Source: Squalus acanthias
Taxonomy: Eukaryota
Length of the DNA: 64,000 nt
Direction of reading: 5' to 3'
Assembly: GCA_030390025.1 (NCBI GenBank)
Contig: CM059431.1
Location: forward strand, 146,942,001 to 147,006,000
Shown here piece by piece: positions 12,008 through 25,000 of this stretch (the first letter of the stretch is position 1; each line of letters begins with the position of its first letter). The notes below the pieces were generated by a model. The model searched no databases. It saw only the letters and a program-made list of their open reading frames with translations, and was not told the DNA's origin. A program made the translations under genes and the position numbers.

Positions 12008-12095
12008 TCACACATCCACTCTCAGTCCGCTTCTAGATTCCTGCAGCAACACTTGTAGTCTTTTTCCATTTGAACTGAACTGATTCCGCAACAGC
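12008..12095 (-). CDS. NLR terminal exon 9 (LLRNQFSSNGKRLQVLLQESRSGLRVDV*)
   Basis: tttcag acceptor at 12096-12098; TGA at 12008-12010. Confidence 0.8.
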
Positions 12096-12267
12096 CTGAA
12101 ACACATTAAATATTAAACAGGAAATAAACACATTGAACAACAGTGTAGATAACAGGGAGACTGGGGTTAATATTTCAATAATAATTGCAGATAAATATTA
12201 TGCATAAAAGTGACTGAATCCCATTTATATTTTATGTATTGCATTAAACATTAACACAAACACTCAC

Positions 12268-12435
12268 ACGATCCGCTCCAGACTCCTGCAGGTCTGTATG
12301 AGGCGGCAGAGAGCGGGGACAGATCGGTCTGTGAAGGAGTTGGATTTCAGGTACAGATCCGTCAGTGATCCGTTTGTACTGAGAGCGGAGGCGAGATCCT
12401 CGGCACAAGAATCTGTGAGACCGACAGCCCATAGA
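12268..12435 (-). CDS. NLR LRR exon 8
   Basis: [55 protein letters not shown]; cccag acceptor, GTGAGT donor; 168 nt. Confidence 0.9.
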
Positions 12436-12578
12436 CTGGGGATCAGAGAGAGAAAAGTAACATAAATCAGGGTAAATCCCGAGTATTTATTAATAACACT
12501 ATTGCTGACACAAATCATAAAATACAGTGTTAGACATACAGTTATTATAAGCACAATCTCACACAGTCTGGTGCTTAC

Positions 12579-12748
12579 CACAGTTTCTGTATTTTACAAT
12601 CCGGGTTCCTCAGAGCCGCAACAGCAGTTTCCCTCCTGAATCACCCAGTTTATTATTATTCAGATCCAGAACCTTCATTGACCGGTTTGTACTGAGAGCG
12701 GAGGCGAGATCCTCGGCACAAGAATCTGTGAGAACGTTATTATCCAGC
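12579..12748 (-). CDS. NLR LRR exon 7 (frameshifted, 170 nt)
   Basis: [42 protein letters not shown], then a 1-nt shift, then [19 protein letters not shown] donor. Confidence 0.88.
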
Positions 12749-12888
12749 CTGGGATCAGAGAGAGAAATAACAGGAATCAGAGTCAATCACCAGAGTTCAT
12801 TAATAACACTATTACTGATAATAATAACAATGTTCAGTGTCAGACATCCAGTTATTACAAACATAATCTCACACAGTCTGGTACTTAC

Positions 12889-12975
12889 TCCAGTTCCTGT
12901 ATTTTACAGTCCGGGTTCCTCAGAGCCTCACACAGTGGCTTCGCTCCTGGATCTCCAAGTGCATTGCTCCGCAGT
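12889..12975 (-). CDS. NLR LRR exon 6 (87 nt)
   Basis: [28 protein letters not shown]; tttag acceptor, GTAAGT donor. Confidence 0.9.
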
Positions 12976-13199
12976 CTAAACACAGACAGAGAGGGAGAAA
13001 CAAATTGAATCAAACACCAGATCTGATATATTTCTCTCTCTTGGATATCACAGCAATCACTGAAAGTAGTTCAGGAAATTAATAACCCTGACCCCACCCC
13101 CCACGATATCCCTATCTGGGCTGGTCGTGTCGCTGACATTTGTGTTTTCAGTGCTCTGCAGCCTTGAGGTGTTGCACACACTGACAATCACTACACAGA

Positions 13200-13420
13200 G
13201 CTGCACGGCTGCACCCAGGCTCTCGCATGACTCCATACATATGCTTATGGAGGGAGTCACAGTACGTGGAGACTCTCTTCACTTCCAATGGGCGGACGTG
13301 ACCTCCCCAGGAGGCCAACGCAGCCTGGTTGCACATTGCACAAGAGGGCACAAGCAGGGATGTCGTCAGGAGGACCAGGCTGCAGTGTTGCAAACCTTTC
13401 AATGATCTCAGCAGACGACG
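13200..13420 (+). mobile_element. Decayed Myb/SANT-like DNA-binding domain, probably from a PIF/Harbinger transposon
   Basis: Frame-switching AAPRLSHDSIHMLMEGVTVRGDSL ... AWLHIAQEGTSRDVVRRTRLQCCKPFNDL resembles the Harbinger Myb consensus (PRF...W..IA.......RT..QC.KRFNDL). Confidence 0.55.
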
Positions 13421-14781
13421 AAACGTTACTGCAAAGCCACGCTCAACCTCATCCTGCAATGCCACTCGGTACAGCTCCATCACTCTGCCTTCCCAACCCT
13501 ACTCATGCAGATCTTACTCACACCAACATGCCTTGCACCTCCACCCATACCTCTCTATCTACATTCTTACTTCCGCATCTTACTCAACACCCCTCACACT
13601 CAGCCTCATCCTCGTCCAATCATACCAACTAACAGCACACAAGAGTAGGCAATTGTGTGTTTTAGCCGATGTTCATGTGAGATTTCTGTTAATGAGTTGT
13701 TAAACATTGAAATCTTTATTTTCAAAACTTTCCGTTTTCGACAGATTTTTGTGCACCTTTGGATGTGGCTTAGTGTGTTGCAGTGAATGCTGAGACATAA
13801 CGGTACCCCCGCAATGTTGATGAGTGTGAAAAGAATGGCTTGGGCATTGTCGGGATGCTTTATGTTGTTGGTGTGGGCTGGAGGCAACCTGGCGCATCAT
13901 GTGGCAGCCAGCGCGTGCAGCTTCAAGTGAAGATAATCTGGCCATAGTGAGGTCATCTCTGGCGTCCCGGTCAGCAATGTGGTCGGGTGTTGATGCCCTC
14001 TCTGCTGTGAAGCATCAGTTGTTGCGGAACAGGTTGGTGTGCCTGGTGCTGCAGGTGTTGGGGCTGATCGTTGTGGCACTCTGAGGCCCAAGGTGAGACT
14101 GTACAAACCACACCCATTCTGATGTAATAGATGGCAGGTGAACTTGAGATGACAGAAGCAATCGGTCAATGCTGAGAGCGTTTGTTCCATTAAGGGGACA
14201 ATGGATAGGGAGTTTGCTCCAAACACTTACAACCTACATAAAGCTCAATCTTTCTTCTAAATGCAGTAAGTAACAGTTTATGCGCTTGGAAAGTGAACAG
14301 CTGTGAGACGGGAGCTTTTAGAGCACATTTCCAGCTATCAAGTAATGAGATGATTCCATGGCCATTCAACTCCCACTCTGCTTACCTGACGTGATTCTCG
14401 AGCAGCGTGGACCATGTGGGCGACCTGGTAAACTCTGAAGTTCAGCTGAAAATAGTTGTTAATCCTCTGTTAACAAGGTTATAATGATCTGAATTGCCTC
14501 CCCCGCCGCTGCATATCGAGTCTGCTCAGCGCTGACAGACGCGACATTTGGGAAAGGTTCCTGGCGGCGGGTTGAAGCGGGGTCCCGACCCGCTGTGGAA
14601 TAAATACATTTTCCCTCCCAATCCGCCACCGATCGCGCCCGCTGACCCCCCGAAAATTTCCCCTGAATCCTGTCACTGGGAATGAATCTCATTCTGTCCA
14701 GCTCCCCATATATTCAGGGACTGTCATTAAATGTATGTATTAAATAAAATGCTGTCTGTGCGAAGCATTTAAATGTTCCTT

Positions 14782-17700
14782 ATAAGAACATAAGAAATAG
14801 GAACTGGAGTAGGCCATTCGGCCCTTCGAGCCTGCTCCGCCATTCAATGAGATCATGGCTGATCTTCTGCCTCAACTCCATTCACCGGCCCTATCGCCAT
14901 ATCCCTTGATGCCCTTACTAGTCAGATATCTATCGAATTCTGTTTTGAATATACCCAATGACTGAGCCTCCAAAGCTCTCTGCGGTAGAGAATTCCAAAG
15001 ATTCACCACCCAATGTGTGAAGAAATTGCTTCTCCTCTCAGTCCAGAATGGCTTACCCTTTATCTTGAGGCTGTGACTCCTGGTTCTAGACTCCTCAGCC
15101 AAGGGAAACATTCTCCCAGCATCCATCCTATCAAGCCCTGCAATAATTTTGTATGCTTCAATAAGATCCCCTCTCATTCTTCTGAATTCAAGAGAATACA
15201 GGCCTAGTTTGCTCAATCTTTTCTCATACGACAGTCCCACCATCCCCGGAATCAATCTCATGAACCTTCGTTGCACTCCCTCTATGGTAAGTATATCCAT
15301 CTTTAGGTAAGGAGACAAAAATTGTACACCGTACTCCAGGTGTTGTCTCACCAAGGCCCTATATAATTGGAGTAATACTTCTCTACTCCTGTGCTCAAAT
15401 CCTCTTGTAATGAAGGCCAGCATTCCATTTTCCTTCCTAATGGCTTGCTGCACCTGCACATTCAATTTCAGTGACTCATGTACAAGGACACTCAGGACCC
15501 TTTGAGCATCTGCATTCCCCAATCTTTCACCATTTAGGAAATACTCTGCCTTTCTGTTTTTTCTACCAAAGTGGATAACTTCACATTTATCCACATTATA
15601 TTACATCTGCCATGTTCTCGCCCACTCACTGAGCCTGTCGAGATCCGCTTGAAGCCTCTTCACATCCTCTTTGCAACTGACACTGCCACCTAGCTTTATA
15701 TCATCAGCAAATTTGGAAATGTTACATTTAGTTCCCTCATCCAAATCATTGATATAGATTGTGAGTAGCTGGGTCCCAAGCACCGATCCTTGCGTTACCC
15801 CACTAGTCACAGCCTGCCATCCTGAAGAAGACCCGTTTATCACTACTCTTTGTTTTCTCTCTGTTAACCAATTCTCAATCCATGTTAGTATATTACCCCC
15901 AATTCCATGTGACTTAATTTTGATTACCAACCTCTTGTGTGGGACATTATCGAAGGCCTTCTGATAATCCAGATACACCACATCTACCGGTTCCCCTTTG
16001 TCTACTACACTAGTTACATCCTCAAAGATCTCGAATAGTTTTGTCAAACAGCTATTTCCCTTTCATAAATCCATGTTGACTCTGCCCAATCTTACTATTA
16101 GTTTCGAAGTGCCCAGTTATTGCATCCTTTATAATAGATTCCAGCATTTTCCCAACTACTGATGTGAGGCTAACAGGTCTGTAGTCCCCCGTTTTCTCTC
16201 ACCCTCCTTTCTAAAATAGCGGGGTTACATTTGCTATCCTCCAATCTGCAGGAACCGTTCCAGAATCTATAGAATTCCAATGGCCACCTCTTTGAAAACC
16301 CTAGGATGTAGGTCATCCGGTCCTTGGGATTTATCGATCTTTAGTTCCATTAATTTTGCTAGTACTGTTTTTAAAATAATAATAATTTCTTTAAGTTCCT
16401 CATTCTCGTCACACACTTGGTTTTCTCGTATTTCTGGGAGGTTTTTTGTTTCTTCCTCCGTGAAGACAGAAACAAAGTATGTATTTAATTTCTCTGCCAT
16501 TTCCTCATTCCCCATTATAAATTCTCCCGCCTCTTACTGTAAAGGACCTGCATTTACCTTCGCCAGTCTTTTCCTTTTCACATACCTATAGAAGCTTTAA
16601 CAATCCGTTTTTATATTTTTCGCTAGTTTGTGCTCCTATTCCATTTTCCCTTTCTTCATCAATTTCTTGGTCCCCCTTTGCTGATTTCTAAAAAGATCTC
16701 AATCCTCAGGCTACCGCTTTTTCTGGCAACTTTATAAGCTTCCTCCTTTGAATTAATACTAGCTTTAATTTCTTTTGTTAGCCATGGTTGGATCACTTTT
16801 CCTTTTGGGTTTTTATGCCCTAGAGGAATATATGTTTGTTTCAAATTATGCATTATTTCCTTGAATGTTAGCCATTGTATGTCCACCTTCATACCTTTTA
16901 GTTTAGTCTCCCAATCTACCATGGACAACTTGTCCCTTATACCCTTGTAGTTTCGTCTGTTTAGATTGAAGACCGTAGTTTCAGATTGGACTACATCACT
17001 CTCAAACTTAATGTAAAATTCAATCATATTATGGTCATTTGTCCCTAAAGGCCCCTTTACCACTAGATTATTGAATAGCCCTTTCTCATTACACAGTACC
17101 AGATCCAGAATAGCCTGTTCCCTGTTTGGTTCCTCCACATACTGATCCAGGAAAACATCTCGCATGCATTCCAAGAATTCGTCCGCCACACCATTAGTGG
17201 TAATTTGGTCTGCCCAGTGAATATGTAGATTAAAATCCCCCATGATTACCGTATTGCCCTTGTTACATGGGCTTCTAATATCTTGATTAATACTGTGCCC
17301 TACATTACCATTACTGTTTGATGGCCTATACACAACTCCCACCAATGTTTTCTGCCCTTTGCTCTTTCTTAGCTCCACCCAAACTGATTCCAGTTCTTCA
17401 TCAAGATCTGCCAAGCCAAGATCTTTTATCTCTACCGTAACGATGTCATCCCTTATTAACAGCGCTCTGCCACCTCCTTTTCCTTTTTGTCTGCCCTTCC
17501 CAAATGTTGAGTTCCCTGGAACATTCAGTTCCCAGCTTTGGTTACCCTGCAACCATGTCTCTTTAATGGCAATTACATCATCCCCATTTACTTCTATTTT
17601 TGCCATTAATTCATCTACCTTGTTGCGAATGCTACGTGCATTTAGATAAAGTGCATTCAACTTTGCCTGTTTAATATTTTTCTGCACTTTGACCCTCTTT

Positions 17701-19280
17701 ACTGTTGTCCTTTGCTTCTGCTCCCTACTAGTTTTGCTGAGTACTTTTCTAACTTGCACTTCCAGCTTTGTTTTTCTCTTTTCTGGGCCCACACTTAGGT
17801 TCCCAGCCCCCTGACAAACTAGTTTCAATCCTTCCCAACAGCACTAGCAAACCCCGCTGCGAGGATGTTGGTCCCGCTTCTGCCGAGGTGTAACCCGTCC
17901 AGCTTGTACAGGTCCCACTATCCTCAGATGGTCCCAATGCCTCAGTAATTTAAGTCCCTCCCTCCTATACCATCTCTCCAGCCACGCATTCATCTGGTCT
18001 ATTCTCCTATTTTTGCTCTCGCTAGCACGTGGCACTGGGAGTAATCCTGAGATAGCTACCTTGGAGGTCCTGCTTTTAATTTATTTCCTAGCTCCCTATA
18101 ACTGCTTGCAGGACCTCGTACCTCTTTCTACCTATGCCGTTGGTACTGATATGGACCACGACCTCTGGCTGTTCATACTCTCCCTTCAGAATGTCCTGCA
18201 GCCACTCAGTGGCATCCGTGATCCTGGCACCAGGGAGGCAACATACCATCCTGGAGTCACGTCTGCGGCCACAGAAACGTCTATCTGTTCCCCTTACGAT
18301 AGAATCCCCTTTAACTATTGCTCCCCACTCTTTTTCGACCATTCATGTGCAGCTGAGCCACTCGTAGTGCAACGGAATTGGCTCTTGCTGCATTCCCCTG
18401 AGGAACCATCTCACCCAGCATTATCAAAAACGGAAAATCTGTTGGAGAGGGAGATGGACCCAGGGGACACCTGCACTAGCTTCCTAGTTCTTTTACTCTG
18501 TCTGGCGTTCACCCATTCCCTGTCTGCCTGTGCAGACTTTAGCTGCGGTGTGAACAACTCGTTAAACGTGCTATCCACGAAGATTTCAGCCACGCGGATG
18601 CTTCACAGTGACTCCAGCCGCAACACCAGCTCCGAAACACGGATTTCGTGTAGCTGCAGCTGGAGACACTTCCTGCACACATGTTCGCCTGACTATCCAC
18701 AAAACACAGGAGGAGCACTCCACACTGCCCTGCAATGTCCTACACTTAATTTACACCCTTTACTTCCTTTAAATTGAAGAATATTAAATAGACTAGGGTC
18801 CTTAATTCACATTTCACATTACTTACTCTGAACTAGAGACCTTCCTTTTACTTTAACGACTGGACGTAGAAATACTCATCAGGTCCTAGTTACCAATCAG
18901 CTCCTTCCCTTGTGCCAACGTCACTTGTAATCTCTGACGTCACTTTTGAATGTTGCCTGTTGAGGTCCGCTCTCGCTGCTGCTCCCATTAGCTCGGTCTG
19001 GGCCTCGAGGCTCGCGCTTTATTTCCTCGCTCCTGCTTCGCCTGTTCCCTCACAGGTCAGTCCGCTCTCGCTGCTGCTCCCAATAGCTCGATCTGCGCCT
19101 TGATCCTCGGGCTTTATTTCCTCGCTCCTGCTTCGCCTGTCGCCTCACAGGTTGGTCCGCTCTCGCTGCTGCTGTCAATAGCTCGGTTTGGGCCTCGAGC
19201 CTCGGGCTTTATTTCCTCGCTCCTCCTTCGCCTGTTCCCTCAAAGGTGGGGCCGCTCTCGCTGCTGCTCCCAATAGTTCA
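14782..19280 (-). mobile_element. Near full-length CR1 LINE (ORF1 with coiled coil and SGNH esterase; ORF2 APE endonuclease and RT; disrupted)
   Basis: ORF1 pieces AIVKGDSIVRG and VVVHISTNGIG. ORF2 LYLNARSIRNK, MGDFN, DHNMI, YLDYQKAFD and KFADD. TAAGAACA tail at ~14782. Confidence 0.95.
18965..19275 (-). repeat. ~95-bp tandem monomers (about 3.3 copies) at the CR1 5' end
   Basis: CCGCTCTCGCTGCTGCT recurs at ~18967, 19062, 19157 and 19252. Confidence 0.85.
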
Positions 19281-19567
19281 GTGTCATTCCCTGATGATCA
19301 GAATTACCCTCCTAGAGCTCAGTGACCAGCACAGTGTTGTTTGTGGAAACTTGTCTCATTTCTGCTGCTCCTTAAATCCCGTATTTTACGGAAAAGAGGG
19401 GATTTTTTTCCGAATTAAATGATAAAGCAGTGATTTCCTGTATTTATACTCTGTGCATTATATTAATCTGTATAATATCTCTTAGTGAGTTATATTGTGA
19501 AACAGCGCTAACTTCTGCTGCTGTAAAATCCGCCCCCTGGATTTTATATAACAAGGAGAATTTATGC

Positions 19568-19640
19568 TAAAATAAAAACAGAAAATGCTGGAAATACTCA
19601 GCAGGTCAGGCAGCATCTATAGAGAGAGAAACAGAGTTAA
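19568..19640 (+). mobile_element. Short interspersed repeat fragment (AAAACAGAAAATGCTGGAAATACTCAGCAGGTCAGGCAGCATC), possibly Penelope-derived
   Basis: Recognised from memory as a common cartilaginous-fish repeat motif; not verified by search. Confidence 0.45.
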
Positions 19641-19821
19641 TGGCCCGAAAATTAGACATAATACGCGAGAGTACGCACTGTGTACTCTCGCGTATTCGGT
19701 CCCGAATTGCCGGTTTCCTGCATGCACTGCGCATGCGCGGGAAACCGGCACTTCGTGTATTGCAAACAATCCGTGACTGTTCTACAATTCTCCCAACAGT
19801 TAGAGACAAATAAACAGTTAC

Positions 19822-21594
19822 CTTAACACCCGGCATTTGTGCAGTACGGGTCCCATCCGCTGGAGTCCTTCACACTGAATGGAGCAGTTCCTTAGATTTA
19901 GGTCTTTTATTGTATCACAGAGTCCAATGGCATGAGACAGGAGCGCACAGTCAATCGGGGTCAATGTCAATCGACTAAATGCAAGTGTATCCACAGAGCC
20001 CACTGTTTTCCGAGCCAGTGCTTTATTCTGAGACTCAAACAGGTAGTGGAATGTGTTCAGGAGGCTCCTTTTACCAGTTTCACTCTCCGTGTTCTCAATC
20101 TGTCCTTCAACCTTCTCCTTCACCCAGTCAATCACTCGGCAGGTGGTTTGATGAAGAAATTGACCCATAAACTCCTCCAGGGGCCGAGCTGACTGAGCGG
20201 AGGAGAGACAAGCAGCAAAACGGAGAAATATCTCAAATCGCCCGTCTTCCTTGCTGTGGGCTTCTCTGAGGAATTTCAGGATGTCACCGGGATGTGGAGT
20301 CAGGAATTGTGCGAGTGCGGCTACAAACTCTTGGATGGTGAGGTGTGGGAATGTGTACACCAAGCTTTGGACAGAATCATCTCTCTCCAAAAGTTCCATC
20401 ATGAACCCAGACAGGAACTGGGTAGGTTGCAGATTGTAATTGATCAAATCTTCATTGCTAAACACAAGCTTCTTCTCGGATACTCCTGTGCATGCCATCT
20501 CACTGACATTCAATAACACATCACGGGGGCTTTCAATCTCTCGGCCATGGTTTTTCAGAATGTTGTAGATATAGTAGGAATATAGTTGGGTGATTGTCTT
20601 GGGAACTTGCTGCTGATTCCTGTCTTTTTGTGTAAAGAAGGGACCCAGTGAGAGGCCGAGGATCCATCAGGAGGAAGGGTTGTAGCACATTGTGTACAGG
20701 ATCTCGTTCTCCTCCACATGTTTGAAAACAGCTGCTGCCACCACCTGATCTTCAAAGAACTTGTTGAAATATTCCTTCCGTTCTTCACCAACAAATCCTA
20801 GAATTTCAGCCCAGACACTGATCTCAGCCTTTTGCAATAAATGTAATGCAGTGGGGCGGCTGGTCACGAGCAATGAACATCCTGGGAGCAGCTTCTGCTG
20901 TATTAAACTGTACACAATGTCAGACACTTCACACCAGCATTCGGGATCTGTGCACATGTGCTGAGGTTCTGTATTTCTCCGATTGTCAGCAAAATCGATC
21001 CTGTCCTTGAATTCATCCAAACCATCAAATATAAACAGCAATCCCTCTGGGTTCTTCCAGAGCTCTCCCAGAACTTTACCGAAGTAAGATAGAAAAAGAG
21101 TATCAGATTCCTCAGGTTTATTCTACAGTTAATAGCGTTCAAATCCCGGAATTTAAAGCTGAAAATAAATTGAAACTGTGGGTATATTTTCCCAGTGGCC
21201 CAGTCATAAACAATCTTTTGTACCATTGTTGTTTTTCCAATCCCCGGGACTACGCTCACTGCTGCTGAACTCCCAGACTGGGATCGCCAGAAGAAACTCT
21301 TCATTTTCTGGAACAAACCTCCTCTCTGGGAAAAACAGCTGTGGAACAATTGATCAGTGCAGATTTTCTCCAGTTCACGCCGGAGATGTTTCTCTCTCCA
21401 ATCTTCATGGTCATGGCCTCTTGCCAGCAGCTCATGTTCTACAAGTGTCCGATCTCGAACAGTAGAAATGACCGTTAGCTCAGCGTATCGATCAACCAGC
21501 TGGAAAACCTTAACCTTGTCCTTTATTAGGATAGTGTTCACTCTCAGTGTTTCAGTTTGTACCCGGAGTGTATCCTTGTGTTTCTGTTGAACAT
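19822..21594 (-). CDS. NLR exon 5: NACHT, winged helix, HD2 and first LRR (disrupted)
   Basis: gaag acceptor before D-VQQKHK; AG|GTAACT donor. The ORF track pieces 20903-21652, 20667-21041 and 19818-20519 join into one NACHT exon. Confidence 0.95.
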
Positions 21595-21819
21595 CTTCAA
21601 TTAGAAAAGGCAGAAATTGGTTCTCAATGTTAGTTGTATTGAAATAAATCAACTTCTCAACCCCATTTCATTATTCAGTAAAATAACGCCAGATTTAATT
21701 AGCAGTTTCGTTGGAGATGCATGGAGAAATTAAAACTCATTTAGTGTCTGAGAACTGTTTCAAATCCTCACTTGATTCGAATATTTACTGGGATATAGGG
21801 CATAGAATATCAGTGGGCT

Positions 21820-22092
21820 ATGGACAGAGTGTGAATGGTCAGGTGTCCCACTGTAACTGTATCAGACCTTGGGCAGGTTATCTGGGGCATTGTGTGAATT
21901 GTTAGTGGGACAGACTGTGAATGGTCAAGTGTCCCACTGTTACTGTATCAGACCTTGGGCAGGTTATCTGGGGTATTGTGTGAATTGCGAGTAAGACAGA
22001 CAGTGAATGGTCAAGTGTCGCACTGTTGCTGTATCAGTCCTTGGGCAGGTTATCTGTATCATTGTGTGAATTGGGAGTGGGACAGTGTGAAT
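21820..22092 (+). repeat. ~87-bp tandem repeat, 3 copies; diverged related units at ~26950-27070
   Basis: GACAG-GTGAATGGTCA at ~21822, 21909 and 21996; a partial fourth unit at 22081. Confidence 0.85.
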
Positions 22093-22099
22093 GGACGGA

Positions 22100-25000
22100 A
22101 ATTCCACTCGGTGCTCGATTTAACCATCCGACCCCATATCTTCTTCATGAAGTCTGCCTATTTCCACCTCTGCCATGTCATCCGTCTCCACCCTTGCCTC
22201 AGCTCATCTGCTGCTGCAACCCTCATCCGTGCTCCTCGTTACATCCGGACTCATGGAGTCATAGAATTATACAGCACAGAAAGAGGCCCTTCGGCCCATC
22301 GTGTCCGCACCGGCCATCAAGCCCTGTCTATTCTCATCCCATTTCCCAGCACTTGGTCCGTAGCCTTGTATACTATGGCGTTTCAAGTGCTCATCTAAAT
22401 GCTTCTTGAATGTTGTGAGGGTTCCTGCCTCTACCACACTTTCAGGCAGTGAGTTCCAGATTCCAACCATCCTCTGGGTGAAAAGGTTTTTCCTCAAATC
22501 CCCTCTAAACCTGTATGCCCCTTACCTTGAAACTATTACCCCTGGTTATTGACCCCTCTACTAAGTGGAAACGCTCCTTTCTATCTAGCCTATCTATGCC
22601 CCTCATAATTCTGTACACCTCAATCAGGTCCCCCCACAGACTTCTCTGCTCTAAGAAAAACAACCACAGCCTGTCAAGTCTCTCTTCATAGCTGAAGCGC
22701 TGCAGCCCAGGTAACATCCTGATGAATCTCCTCTGCATCCTCTCCAATTCAATCGCATCCTTCCTATAGTGTGGCGACCAGAACTGCGCACAGTATTCCA
22801 GCTGTGGCCGAACTAGCATTTTGTGCAGCTCCATCATAACCTCCCTGCTCTTATATTCTATGCCTCGGCTAATGAAGGCAAGTATCCCATATGCCTTCTT
22901 AACCACCTTATCTACCTGGCCTGCTGCCTTCAGGGATCTATGTACATGCACATCAAGCTCCCTCTGATCCTTTGTCCTTCCTTGGGTCCTAACATTCATT
23001 GTGTATTCCCTTGCCTTGTTTGTCCTCCCAAAATGCATCACCTCACAATTTTCAGGTTTAAATTCCGTTTGCCACTGTTCTGCCCATCTAACCAACCCGT
23101 CTATATCGTCCTGTAGCCTGAGGCTTCCCTCCTCGCTATTTACCACCCCACAAATGTTCGTGTAATCTGCAAACTTACTGATCATACCTCCTACATTCGT
23201 ATCTAAATCATTAATGTACACTACAAACAGCAAAGGACCCAGCACCGATCCCTGCGGTACACCACTGGACATAGGTTTCCAGTCACAAACACAACCGTCG
23301 AGCATCACCCTCTGCCTCCTGCCACTAAGCCAATTTTGGATCCAATGTGCCAAGTTGCCCTGGATCCCATGGGCTTTCACCTTCTTCACCAGTCTCCCAT
23401 GCGGACTTTGTCAAAAGCCTTACTAAAGTTCATGTAGACCACATCAACTGCACTACTCTCATCCAAACACCTAGTCTCCTCCTCGAAAAAATTAATCAAA
23501 TTTGTCAGACATGATCTCCCACTGAAAAAGCCATGCTAACTATCCTTGATTAATCCTTCCCTCTCCAAGTGGAGACTCATTCTGTCCCTCAGAATTTTTT
23601 CCAATAATTACCCTACCACTTTTGTTCGACTCACTGGCCTGTAATTCCCTGATTTATCCCTACTACCCTTCTTGAATAATGATTCTACGTTAGCTGCTCT
23701 CCAGCCCTCTGGCACCTCTCCTGTGGCCAGAGAGTTTCTGAAAATTTGTGTCAGATCTCCTGCAATCTCCTCCCAAGCCTCACACAGCAGCCTGGGTTAC
23801 ATCTCGTCTGGGCCTGGGGATTTATCTACATTTAAGCCTGCTAAAACAGCTAGTACCTCCTCCCTCTCAGTACTAATTTATTCAAGTATATCACAATCCC
23901 CCTGCCTGGTTTCTATGGCTACATCGTCCTTCTCCATAGTGAACACAGATGCAAACTATTCATTTAAACCCCACCTACATCTTCTGGCTCTACACACAGA
24001 TTGTCACTTTGGTCCCTAATGGTCCCTACTCTTTCCCTGGTTATCCTTTTGCCCTTAATATACTATTAAAACACCTTGGGATTTTCCTTTATTTTGCCCG
24101 CCAGTGTTATTTCATGCCCCCTCTTCGCTCTCCTAATTTATTTTTTAAGTACCCCCCTGCACTTTCTATACTCTTCTAGGGCTTCCACTGTTTTTAGTCC
24201 TTTGTATATGCCAAAAGCCTCCCTTTTTTCCGAATCCATTCTTGTATATCCCTTGACATCCAGGGTTCCATGGGCTTGTTGGTCCCACCCTTGACCTTAA
24301 TGGGAACATGTTGGCGTTGTACTCTCTCTATTTCCTTTCTGAAAGACTCCCACTGCTCTGATTTGGATTTTCCTACAAGTAGTTGATCCCAGTCCACTTT
24401 TGCCAGATCCTGCCTTATCATGTTAAAATCGGCCTTCCTCCAATTTAGAACCTTTAAATCCGGTCCATCTTTGTCCTTTTCCATGACTACCTGAAATTTC
24501 ACCGAATTAAGATCACTGTCACCAAAATGCTCTCCTACTAACACTTCTACCACTTGCCCGGCTACATTCCCTAGAATTAGGTCCTGTACCGCCCCCTCTC
24601 TTGTAGGACTTTCTATATGCAGACTCAAAAAGCTCTCTTGAATGCACTTTAAGAATTTCGCACCCTCTAAGCCTTTCACACTCTGACTATCCCAGTTAAT
24701 ATTGGGGAAGTTGAAATCCCCTACTATTATTACCCTATTATTTCTACACTTCTCTGAGATTTGCCTACATATCTGTTGCTCGATCTCCCCCTGACTGTTT
24801 GGGGTCCTATAGTACACTCCCAGCAAAGTGCTTGCCCCATTTTTGATTTTACGTTCTATCCATATGGCCTCATTAGATATACCTGCTAAGATATCATCCC
24901 TCCTTACTGCAGTAATTGACTCCTTGATTAATATTGCGACACCCCCTCCTCTTTTACACCCCCTTCTGTCTCGCCTGAAGATTCTATACCCCGGAATATT

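Noticed and set aside
19818..21652. Assigning the symbol NLRP3 or NLRC3
   Set aside because: It appears to belong to a lineage-expanded fish-type NLR family; orthology cannot be shown from this sequence.
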